Positions 52,673 through 64,000 of a DNA stretch of 64,000 nt are shown piece after piece. The notes beneath the pieces were generated by a model that was not told the origin of the DNA, ran no database searches, and saw only the letters and a list, made by a program, of their open reading frames with translations. The translations under genes were made by a program, and so were the position numbers. Within the stretch, counting starts at the first letter, position 1. The number at the start of each line of letters is the position of its first letter. Source of the stretch: Octopus sinensis (lineage: Eukaryota); assembly GCF_006345805.1 (NCBI RefSeq), contig NC_043007.1, forward strand, positions 69,316,001 to 69,380,000, given 5' to 3'.

Positions 52673-53179
52673 ATATAATATATAACCAAATCGATGTATT
52701 GACGTAATATTCATTTAGTATGATATTAATGAACCATGTAAAAAAAAAAAAAAGACTTTCGTGCGTTTTTTACTCTTAAATCCCAGCCAAACCAGATTTG
52801 TTAAAAACAAAACAAAGATGTCGATAAAGCCACAACTAGAAGAGAGGAAATCCGTTGCAATGCTATAAAAAAACTGTAAGATGACGCTGACACTTACTTA
52901 CTAGAAGCTTCCATAGAAAATAATTATATCGATATATTCAGTATCAGAAGAAAACAGTTGTTATGGTGTGGAAGTTAGGTTTACATATGCTCTAATGGTG
53001 GTTTTGTACAGCGGTATTGCTATGAATGAATGAAACCGTTAAACGATTGGTGCCTATGAAAGAATGTGTCTACCCTCAAGCTGTAGCTGAATTTTCTGCA
53101 GATAACCCCTGTATGCATTTCAAGTGGCACTTTACTGTCTTAGAAGGATATATTAGTTTGTTTATACATATATATATTT

Positions 53180-53250
<71 letters not shown>

Positions 53251-53273
53251 TATATATAATATATATATAATAA

Positions 53274-53516
53274 ATGCGCCCTTTTAATGCCTAGCCAGGC
53301 TCATGGGTCCGGTTTCCCGGCTTCAGTGGCGTATGTTTTCCCCAGCTGGACGGACGCCAGTCCATCTCAGCGTTACTCATTTTTGCCAGCTGAGTGGACT
53401 GGAGCAACGTGAAATGAAGTGTTTTGCTCAAGAACACAACGCGTTTCCCGGTCCAGGAATCGAAACCACAATCTTACGATCATGATGCTGAGACCCTTAC
53501 CACTAAGCCACGCGTC
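53274..53516 (-). mobile_element. SINE family C (tRNA head, V-SINE-like domain)
   Basis: Minus strand GGCTTAGTGGTAAGG..GGTTTCGATTCC head, GTTGTGTTCTTGAGCAAAACAC and GATGGACTGGCGTCC motifs; related copies at ~12045-12235, 13195-13400 and 56170-56450. Confidence 0.8.
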
Positions 53517-54247
53517 TCTACTATATATATGTAGTCCTTATTCTTTTTGTCGATAATTTTAGACTGGATGCCTGGTGCGAATGTTTGTAACAAAATTTCT
53601 TAAAGGTAGCCAATGACCGGGTGGTGGTATCAAACCTAACAACGAATTAAGTTGTTCCTGGGGTACAAGATAACAAGATGCTTATGACGGAACATCTTTG
53701 ATAATAAGCACGTTCAACAAGGGATGATCCCGGGGATTAAACAACAAAAAACCTCATAGAGCAAATATTAGTTTAAAGAGATTTCTAGAATAAGGCAAAA
53801 GGGTAAAGTTTTAGACACCTGGAACATTTCAGTGAATCGATTCTATTACTTAGTTGGTACTTTTATTTATCGACGCCGAAAATATGAAGACCAAGGCCGA
53901 TTCAGGTAGGAAAACGACAAAAATAAAATATCATCTCTTTGAGAGCGAATTCCTTCAGAAATATTCAGACTATTCTGTTCATATGATCCTTCAAAAGTTC
54001 TTAAAATACATGATGCTGTAATTTGGTCTATCTGATTTCTCAATGTGCATATCATGCTTACTCTCACTGTTCCGCACAATACGCCTGTGGCAAGATTAGA
54101 TGAAGACCACTGAACTTGTTTGAGAAGGCGGGAAATTTCCAAAGTGACTGAAGTGATCTCCAAACCTCCGTATACTATCTGTGTGGTGTGTTTATCCAAA
54201 AACGTAAAGCAATATGCTTTTAACTCAGCTTGGGATATGTTGCGACC

Positions 54248-54635
54248 AGTGGAGGCGCAATGGCCCAGTGGTCAGGGCAGCGGATTCGCGGTCGTAGGAT
54301 CGCGGTTTCGATTCCCAGTCCGGGCATTGTGAGTGTTTATTGAGCGAAAACACCTAAAGCTTCACGAGGCTCCTGCAGGGGGTGTGGTGAACCCTGCTGT
54401 ACTCTTTCACCACAACTTTCTCTCACTCTTTCTTCTTGTTTCTGTTGTACCTGTATTTCAAAGGGCCAGCCTTGTCACACTTTGTGTCACGCTGAATCTC
54501 CTCGAGAACTACGTTAAGGGTACACGTGTCCGTGGAGTGCTCTGCCACTTGCACGTTAATTCCACGAGCAAGCTGTTCCGTTGATCGTGTCAGCTGGGAC
54601 CCTCATCGTCGTAACCGACGGAGTGCTCCTACTAC
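54248..54635 (+). mobile_element. SINE family E, full length
   Basis: Matches 1981-2367; 12-bp TSD TATGTTGCGACC at 54236-54247 and 54636-54647. Confidence 0.9.
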
Positions 54636-56493
54636 TATGTTGCGACCTGCGCCAGATACTCCACTCCCACCCCCACTGATTTGCTGCAACCAAATTCGAA
54701 ACGATGTACAAATACTTGTAAAGATTGTAGTGGAGATGATGGCGATAATGATGATGGTGGTGGTAGTGGTGGGGGTTAGGATGACTATGATGAGGAAGGG
54801 GAGAACAAATAACGGCGAGTACAGTGATGAGGATAAGGATGAAAATGTTGATGTTGATGGTGGTGGTGGCGGCGACGATGGTGGTAGTGGTGCTGGTTTT
54901 TGCAGTGGTTGCTGTAGTGCCGACGGCAATAGCAATGGCGGCCGCAACGATGTGGAAAGACTAATTAAATGACAGATTGAAACCAATAGGCATCGACAGG
55001 TTCTTGAATGGAAAAGTATTGACGTAACATTTGCTTGTTGTCATAGCAATGAACTCCACAAGATTCCTTTTTGTTTTGTGTTATTCTATCTTATTTCATT
55101 TTGTTTTGTTTGACAGGTTTTTCAACATTTTCTATCATCATACTCAATGAAACTGGAATTATTAGAAAATAAAAGGGATAACTGTATTATCGGCTTCTAA
55201 GATTGGCACAGGGCCACATATCATTTTGTAAGGGAAAAAAAGGGGCATTGTATAAGATCGATGTAATCGATTGCTAGTAGATACCTGGTACTGATTTGCT
55301 CACTGCAAGCATCGGGAGGGATAAAAAATCAGGGGATCATACGCAGGAACCATTTGGTTGTCAAAGCAAACTTTATTTTTTTTTAGTTTAGGAAACTAAA
55401 GGACTAAAAAACGCACAGAAACACAAACACACACACACATGCACGCACGCACACACGCACGCACACATACACACACGCATGCACATGCGCACTCACACAA
55501 ACACACGCACATGCGCACACACACTCACACACACACGCACGCACACATACACACACGCACGCACATATACATACACACACACGCACGCACATGTACACAC
55601 ACACGCACGCACACACACACACACACGCACGCACATGCGCGCACACACACACGCACACATACACACACATATATATATGCATATATACATATATGTGTGT
55701 GCATGTGCGTGTGTATTGGTGTGTGTGTACGTGTGTATGTGTGTATGTGTATTTGTGTGAGAGAGAGAGAGTATTTGTGTGTGTCCTGCGTATAACATTA
55801 AGCTGCATCTTGTACGGGAGTTCCAGTATTCTGGTGAATGTGGAACCAACCACCCCTTAACTAGCACCTGTTAGGGTCCTAGCTATTGGTTAACAAGTAT
55901 GTGTGTTTGGAAGACACCTAGTACTTGTTAGAACTTCCTTCTAGGAGAAGGTGAACTCGTACAAAAAGCAAAACTGAAATGCAGTTTGTTTCTGGTCGTC
56001 CCAACCTCTATTGCGTCACTGCTTTTTTTTAATAACTTATTGCGTTGACGAGTGGGTTCAGTTATGTACAACTCTTTAGCCATCCAAAACAAATTCATGC
56101 ACAGGTACTTCTTGGTCTCTAATAACGTTTGCAAGGACTTACTGAGTTTAGGAATTGGTTTCACTCGGACACGGTGCATAGCTCAGAGGTCAGAGCATCG
56201 GGCTCACAATCATGAAGTATTGAGTTCGATTCCTGGACCGGGCTGTGTGTTGTGTTCTTAAGCAAGACACTTTATTTCACTTTGTTCCAATGAGTTGAGA
56301 CGTCACTGGTGCCAAGCTGTATCGGCCTTTGCCTTTCCTTTGGATAACATCAGTGGAGAGGGGAGGTTAGTATGCATGGGAAGTTAGTATGCCGGACTCC
56401 CATAAAAGCAACTTTGCCCAGACTTGTGCTTCAGAGGGTAACTTTCTAGGTGCAATTCTATGGTCATTCATAACCGAAGGGTGTCTTTACCCT

Positions 56494-56558
<65 letters not shown>

Positions 56559-57454
56559 ATACAATGCGTACACTGAAGTCTAATGTATTTTTTCCTATTG
56601 AAAATGATATCATGTGATTTTGACATTTGACTACTGTTTCTAGCAGTCGAAAACCACATAGAAGCATTCCTTCATTGATTCAAAGCAAATTCTGATCGAA
56701 AGGACCGATCATGCGAAGAGTTCCACTCCTGACCATCCCATCTATTTTTGCATATCAGACACTACATTGTCCAGTGTATCCTTTACTTAAGATGGGTCAG
56801 CGTGATTTGCGAGAGATCTGGCTGCTATTTTCAGCAGATCGAATGTATATTTAGAAACTTGCTTGATCAAGACTAAAATCAACTGACGTCAACTTTGATG
56901 TAGCGAACTATTATTAGACAACGATACAGCAAGAAGATCAAACGATACGCTTATCTGCTAATCAACAACTCTCCCTCGCTCTCTTCCTCTCTTTCTTTCT
57001 TTTTCTCTCTCATCCCCTCTCTCTCTCTCTCTCTCTTCCTTCTCCTTCACACTGATTATATCATTACTTCAAAGGGGTGATTGATATAAAACGCAGTGTA
57101 AGGTAGTGAGGTATGACTTACTTAGGGAGGATGTGATAGGTAGTGGAATAATGAGTTACCAGTGTTTCGGTTACATATATTAGATATACTTACAATAAAC
57201 TCTTGTATAATAAAGATTTCCTTTCTTTAATGAGAGCGTTGGAAAGGTAAGAGGGCCAGATTGTAGGACTAGGACTAAATGCCTCTATGATGAACCACAA
57301 CACAAGACTACAAATACACTACTTTTCTATAATGTACTTATATAACATAACTACATGATACTGGCATACTTTCGGCACAGCCTTAGAATATCAGCAAAAT
57401 ATGTAATTGCTTTTAGGCTTCAGTGCCTAATCACCTATACATTTAATACAAATT

Positions 57455-57468
57455 GTTTTCTTCTTCTT

Positions 57469-57529
<61 letters not shown>

Positions 57530-57720
57530 GACGACGACCACCACCACCACCACCACCACCACCATCACCACCACCACCACTACTACCACTACTACTACTA
57601 CTACCACCACCACCACCACCATTACCACCACCACCACCACCACCACTACTACCACTACTACTATTACTACTACCACCAACACCAACACCACCACTACTAT
57701 TACTACAAGTAGTAGTAGTA
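57455..57720. repeat. Compound (CTA)/(CGA)/(CCA) microsatellite
   Basis: Read directly. Confidence 0.95.
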
Positions 57721-58082
57721 GTAGAGGCCAACTGACCATTAAAAGAAATTGCCGAAAACCAACCAAACGAGGTTTTACAGAACCACGACCACGACCACCA
57801 ACACCACCAACACCACCAACACCACCATCACCATCAATCGCGAATGCACCTCCACCCTTTCACTTAATTCAATAACTTGCTCACCGTCTCTCTATACATT
57901 ATCTATCAAACTGTCCATGCTCCTCTGTGTGTGTGTGTGTGTGTGGGTGGGTGTGGGTGGGTGTGGGTGGGTGTGGGTGTGTGTGCGTGTGTGTATGTGT
58001 GTGTGATGTGTGTGTGTGTGTGTGCGTTCGCGTGCATATGTTTGTTATACATACATACACACAGACATACATATATACATAC

Positions 58083-58157
<75 letters not shown>

Positions 58158-58369
58158 TAAGGGTACACAAGACGCCTATCTGCTAGAAAAAGGAGTTAAA
58201 ACCAGGTAGGCGCCTTGTGTGCCCTTATGATTGATATATATTTTAATTCTATAGCCATCTAATGCTATTTTAGGCCCGCAACCACCTATTATTGTTGTCG
58301 TTATTATCAACTATTTATATTACCACAGATAATAAAAATAATAATTTCGGTATAACTATTCAATTCTGA

Positions 58370-58486
58370 ATATGTGTGTATATGTGTGTGCGTGTGTGTG
58401 TGTGTGTGTACAGAGAGAGAGAGAGAGACAGAGAGACAGAGAGAGAGACAGAGAGAGAGACAGAGACAGAGAGGCAGACAGCAGAC

Positions 58487-58564
<78 letters not shown>

Positions 58565-58613
58565 GATAGATAAATAGATTAGATATATATGATATATACA
58601 TGTTATATATGTT

Positions 58614-58686
<73 letters not shown>

Positions 58687-58870
58687 GTATATATACGTAT
58701 ATATATATATATATATTATATATATATATATATAATATATATATATATACATATATATATATGTATATATACATATATACGGATATGTATGTATATATGC
58801 ATATATACTTATATGTATATATATATGTGTACATCACACGTGTGTTTGTTTGCACGTGCGCATATATGTA
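58370..58870. repeat. Compound (TG),(GA),(GATA),(TA) microsatellite block
   Basis: Read directly; explains ORF 58307-58939. Confidence 0.95.
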
Positions 58871-59560
58871 TGTATACTGTGTACTGATATACAATCTAAT
58901 AGTGTTTCTCTCAGTTTTGTATGATCGATCAGTCCACATTCAGAAAGGTAAACGACCTCTGGTGAAAGTTATTTTCGTTTTTATAATACCTTATCCGTTC
59001 ACCCTCCACCTTGTTTTTTTCTTTCCTTTTTTTTTTTCCAATATTGTTTTCTGTCTTTTGTTTCTCTGCTGTCCTTCCTCCTCCTTCTCCCCACTCTCTC
59101 CAACTGTTTCTCAATACACAAAATAACGCACACACATACACATAGACGAACATACAGACACACACGCTCACACATACACACACATATATATATATATGCT
59201 TGAAAAACCGTATGTAAATGTGAATATTCTGTCAATAGACACGATGGCTAATCTCTCTATTGTATCACCATAACAACGACCGCCTCTACTCCCTCAAACT
59301 AGTCACACACACATACACACACACACACACAAACTCACACACACACACACACACACGTACGCACACACGTACATACATAAATGCACATACATATACTATT
59401 GTTACGAGTTCTCCCAATCACACAATATTCGCTTTTCGCTCTATATTTCAGTAGAGTTCACCTCTTCTAGAAGTCTTATGTTTACCATACTTGTCACAGT
59501 TTTATGATCAACTTAACCAACTAGTAACCGCTCGATACTGGAATAGTACAAAAAGTCATA

Positions 59561-60095
59561 CCGTAAATCCTTGAGTATAGTCCGCCCTTGAGTATAATAC
59601 GCAGTGGATTTTTAGGGGACTGTACCTCTGTAAAACCCAAACCTTGTGTATAATACGCACCCCTTCTCTAACTTGAGTCAAGGAGGTCTATATAACGTCC
59701 TTGGTTTGTAAAAATGTATACGGTAACGTCCTTTATTATTATTGTATATATAACATAATGCAAACGTACAGCATTTTTGTGCATTTTGTTTGCAGAAAAT
59801 AAAGAAATAACAATAATAACAGTAATAACGTTTAATAAATGTTGCTTACTGCAAGTTATGGATGATTTTACTGCAAGTTATGGATGATTCCTTTATGACT
59901 TTCAGGCTTAGCTTAAGGTATTTTCGCGCCCGATATCACAAAATGCGTCTGAATAAACATTGCCGGACAGCAAATAGAGACTCGAACATTGCCTAGAAAA
60001 TAATTTTCATTTTCAACCTCGTGTACAATACGCACTAGGGATTTTGACCTTTAAATTTTTGGAAAAAAATGCGGATTATACTCAAGGATTTACGG
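59561..60095. mobile_element. Tc2/pogo-like MITE
   Basis: TA TSD at 59559-59560 and 60096-60097; 25-bp TIR CCGTAAATCCTTGAGTATA(G/A)TCCGC, 24/25 match; CCGTA termini as in Tc2-related elements; internal 22-bp tandem duplication at 59846-59889. Confidence 0.88.
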
Positions 60096-60874
60096 TACAC
60101 TGTTTATAAGAACTTAATAAAAGCTCTATTCAGTTGCCATTTGTATGATTTGTTAGTTTTTGCCCAAGTCACAATGGTGTATAACAGTAATCCATTCGAT
60201 TCCTATCTGAGAGGTGTAAGTATCGGGTGATGTTTAAGAAATTTTTGCATTCCCCGTTTGAATACTTCCACACAATCCCAGCGTGTGTTTAAAATAACAA
60301 TCTAGTTTCACATCAACTCTGGCAAGTGAGATGTCTGTCATGGTATTCCAGAACAAGATTGGTCGTTCGACCTTTGTTAGTAGTATATGATACAAGACAA
60401 CTTCTAGTATGATATACCATACAACTTCTAGTATCATAAATCGGATAACTGCGACTCATGTATCGGACAACCGACCTATCACTGCTTTTTCATTTGAAAA
60501 CGATCGACAAAGCTATATACAATGAACATATCAGAAAACTTGGTATATATTATAGAAACCAGAATAAATTTATGATTATATAAAGCAAAGTAGAAATAAA
60601 GGACTACGTAATTTGAATATATAAAAAAATTGTATAATCCATCAAAAGATTGGTAAAAGACCGACCAACTACGTCGGATCAGAGCACCTTCCAATTCTTC
60701 CTATCTCATACTCATTCTGTTGAAACTGAATACACCCTAAAGGCCCATAAGCATTTTGGTGTTGGTCTTGTTAAAAAACGTCCAAGGATTCCTTGAGGCT
60801 TTTGTAAATTACTGATGCTTTCTTTATCTATGGGTTACCTCCTTCATATCGTTTGGCTGCCTCTTGATCGTTTG

Positions 60875-60922
<48 letters not shown>

Positions 60923-61255
60923 ATAAGCATTAACTTGTCTTCTTTTCACTCATTCCCTACATCTTCGTAATTTCAGTTCTAATCACAAAAACATATCGAT
61001 CTCCCTCTGGATCGTGAATTTCATGTTCTCTCGCTGAACGGGGTCTTCTTCATGTGTCTTACATATAATTTTGCCCCGCTCGCTGATTTTTTATTTTTAT
61101 TTTTGTCTATTTTTCTTTGTTATAGCCACTCCCCACCCCCAGCTTCCGTTTCACCAATGACTAGGATGTTCGGAATGGGCTTCGTTGTTTTCTGCTTCTG
61201 CAACCGAGAACGAGATGGTCTCCTCCGACATTAAAACAGCAGAATACAGAACTGT

Positions 61256-61497
61256 AGGCGGCGAGCTGGCAGGAACGTTAGCACGCCGGGCGAAATGCGT
61301 AGCCGTATTTCGTCTGCCGTTACGTTCTGAGTTCAAATTCCGCCGAGATCGACTTTGCCCTTCATCCTTTTGGGCTCGATAAATTAAGTACCAGTTATAT
61401 ACTAGGGTCAATGTAATCGACTTAATCCCTTTGTCTGTCCTTGTTTGTCCTTGTTTGTCCTCTCTATGTTTAGCCCCTTGTGGGCAATAAAGAAATA
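61256..61497 (+). mobile_element. SINE family A monomer with TSD
   Basis: 15-bp TSD AGAATAC(A/G)GAACTGT at 61241-61255 and 61498-61512. Confidence 0.9.
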
Positions 61498-62166
61498 AGA
61501 ATACGGAACTGTCATAGACACGGTGGAATCTGCAGCTATGTTCATTTCAAAATATGGCGACATTTCGTCATGAAAGTGAATGAGAAATAGTATAAATATG
61601 CAGTAAATATGGCGCATGACTTGGATAAAATTTTCTTGGACAATGGCTTTTGTTAGTAGAAGAAAAAGGCCGATATATTAATCACTGGCAGGAACGAAAA
61701 GCACCTCTTTTAGAGCAGTGACTTGGTCAGCCGATGGAAGATGTAGAACTGTCAAAGTGCAAACATTTTTAAAGTTGAAACAAACAGAATGTAGAAAAGT
61801 GGGGAGTCGTGGACATAAAAACAGTATCAATATTAATTGGATTGCTAGTTATAATATAAGAATATGAGCAAAAACTTAAAACACTATACAAGAGCTCACA
61901 GCTTTACATACAGTAGTGAACTGCTGAACATTTGAAGACCGACTGATATCTCTGCTGCCTTCCTCTTTCTTTCTGTCTTGCTCAAGTTGTTTTTGCTGCC
62001 ATACGTATAGCAACTCTGCTATCCCAAAGTTAGTCTTATTACTTTTCTTTCTGCTGACAGGACTAGAAACAGTTTAGTGATAGCCTTATGGTCGTGGAGA
62101 GTAATAAAGACTTGTATGGCCATTAAGACCTATTTCTCATGACTTCAGTTCACACTACCTTCTTAT

Positions 62167-62400
62167 TTCTTTACTACCCACAAGGGGCTAAACACAAAGG
62201 AGACAAACAAGGACAGACAAACGGATTAAGTTGATTATATCGACTCCAGTGCGTAACTGGTACTTATTTAATCGACCCCGAAAGGATAAAAGGCAAAGTC
62301 GACCTCGGTGGAATTTGAACTCAGAACGTAACGGCAGGCGAAATACCGCTAAGCATTTCGCCCGGCGTGCTAATGTTTCTGCCAGCTCGCCGCCTTACTC
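62167..62400 (-). mobile_element. SINE family A monomer with TSD
   Basis: 16-bp TSD CACACTACCTTCTTAT at 62151-62166 and 62401-62416. Further partial family-A copies lie at ~4685-4790, 7970-8270, 9112-9250, 19850-20060, 33160-33315, 33893-34010, 43060-43457 and 63350-63545. Confidence 0.9.
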
Positions 62401-63558
62401 CACACTACCTTCTTATACTGTGTGAACTGTGTTAAGGAAAACAGGACCAACATCATTGACTCTAACTCTGATTTTCGTATTTCACTTCATGTACTGTGGC
62501 ACAAGAGCATGGGAAGTTGTATATCACTGCCTTTCGGTCTTTCTTCTAGTTTTGTCCTCATCGTTAAACACTACATAGGGAAATTCATATGATTTACCTC
62601 AACTGAGATATAGAGCTCCTCCAAACGTGAGGTGGATCAGCGCTACATCTAACTGCAGTTTTGTTGGTTCAAATGACGCCTCTATATCCCTGTCAAGTCA
62701 AATATAGGAAAGTTTTCTTTTCCAATTCTTAATAAGATGATTAGGAAGAATAGCATTTTCCTTGGTTATGCGAGTTTGCCGTAGTGAACTTATTTTACGG
62801 AAGTTTTCTATTCAATTCTCATTTGTTACTAGGGCCAAATAAAAAATCCCTCACTTGACAATATCTTCACTAAGTGAAACGTCTACGTGTACGCTGTCTT
62901 TATTAATCATAAAGTCAGTAGATTATATTTCATTACGTCAATAATTTTCTCTAGTGTGTGTCACATAAAAAAAAGACATTTTCAATTTCTATTGTTGCAA
63001 GTGTCTTATTCTTCAGTTGTTTTGATTTCTTTATGCTGGAATTATATCGTTTTGATGTATCATAGAGGCTATTATTTACAAAGAGAATTCAAAAGTACTT
63101 AAAACAAAACAATCCAATATCCTCCTTAATTTTGGTGAAAATAAACTCCAAAACTTGTTCAAGATATTTCATTCTGCATTATCCGAATGAAAAATGAATG
63201 TCATTCACTTAGGTAATAGTATAAAATGTTCAGATTCTCTTACCTATCAACAGGTAAGCGTTTTGAAAGATCGGCAACGAATGATGATGATGATGACGAC
63301 GACGACGACGACGACGACGAGGGTGATGATTTCTTAATAATAACTTTTTCTTCTATGGGCACAAGATCTGACATTTTGTGGGAGGGCCAAGTCGATTACA
63401 TTGACCCAGTTGCTCAACTAGTATTTATTTCATCGACACGAAACGATGAAAGGCAAAGCTGATTTCGGAGGTATTTGAACTCAGAATATAAGAAGCCGGA
63501 AAAAGTAGCATAATGTATTTTCCCGACACTCCAAAGATTCTGTCAATCCATCATCCTC

Positions 63559-63620
<62 letters not shown>

Positions 63621-63622
<2 letters not shown>

Positions 63623-63922
63623 CTAACTCAGATACCAGGAAACCCAAAAATGGCAGAAATTCAAAAGATAGTGCTCATGGGAACTGCTCATATCCTACGC
63701 AAAATACTTTCTATGTAATCTCAAGGTTTAAAACAAACATAATTTTCGGTTTTTAAAAGAAAAAAAAATTTTTTTTTTAGACATTCATTAGTACAACCCC
63801 CTCCCAAATATATGGCACACTAGGCATAACAACAACATGAACTTCCAACCTGTTGTCTCTTGAGGTCTCTGGGTGAGACTTGGAGCCAACTAGTACAAAA
63901 TATAAAGCAGAAGTCAAACATA

Positions 63923-63923
<1 letters not shown>
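63621..63923 (+). mobile_element. R4/Dong-like LINE extreme 3' end within (AAT)n
   Basis: QIPGNPKMAEIQKIVLMGTAHILRKILSM* followed by a 3' UTR; (AAT)n on both sides. Confidence 0.85.
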
Positions 63924-63957
<34 letters not shown>

Positions 63958-64000
63958 TAATAATATAATAATAATAATAATAATAATAATAAATGCTTTG

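Noticed and set aside
60430-60700. Faint LINE RT-like peptides (RPIT.., and a similar trace at ~53560-54200)
   Set aside because: Too degenerate to assign by eye; would need a profile HMM search.

Overview
This is AT-rich, extremely microsatellite-dense animal genomic DNA. Its SINE and LINE repertoire looks like an Octopus-type cephalopod genome, which is an inference from recognising the repeat families, not a database result. No intact protein-coding gene, tRNA, rRNA or CRISPR array is supportable, and almost every ORF in the supplied track is a microsatellite read-through or a decayed transposon fragment. The window contains fragments of R4/Dong-, CR1-, RTE- and L1/Tx1-type LINEs; four Tc1/mariner-superfamily remnants; several TIR-bounded MITEs (piggyBac-, Tc2- and Tigger-like, plus two unclassified foldbacks); at least four tRNA-head SINE families, several with clear target-site duplications; and a 100-N assembly gap at 18469-18568. 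The most unusual signal is a set of hammerhead-ribozyme (HHR) motifs. The best cluster is at 44.05-46.51 kb: two 165-bp direct repeats 2294 bp apart each carry a minus-strand HHR, and a well-formed plus-strand type I HHR lies between them inside a 30-bp inverted-repeat-bounded unit. This is a retrozyme-like layout with ribozymes of both polarities. Further minimal, Penelope-type HHR motifs, several with recurrent non-canonical core bases, occur at about 1.1, 10.3-11.0, 38.9-39.0 and 51.7 kb. All structures were folded by eye and none is shown to be active. A few splice-signal-bounded open segments may be exons of an unidentified gene.
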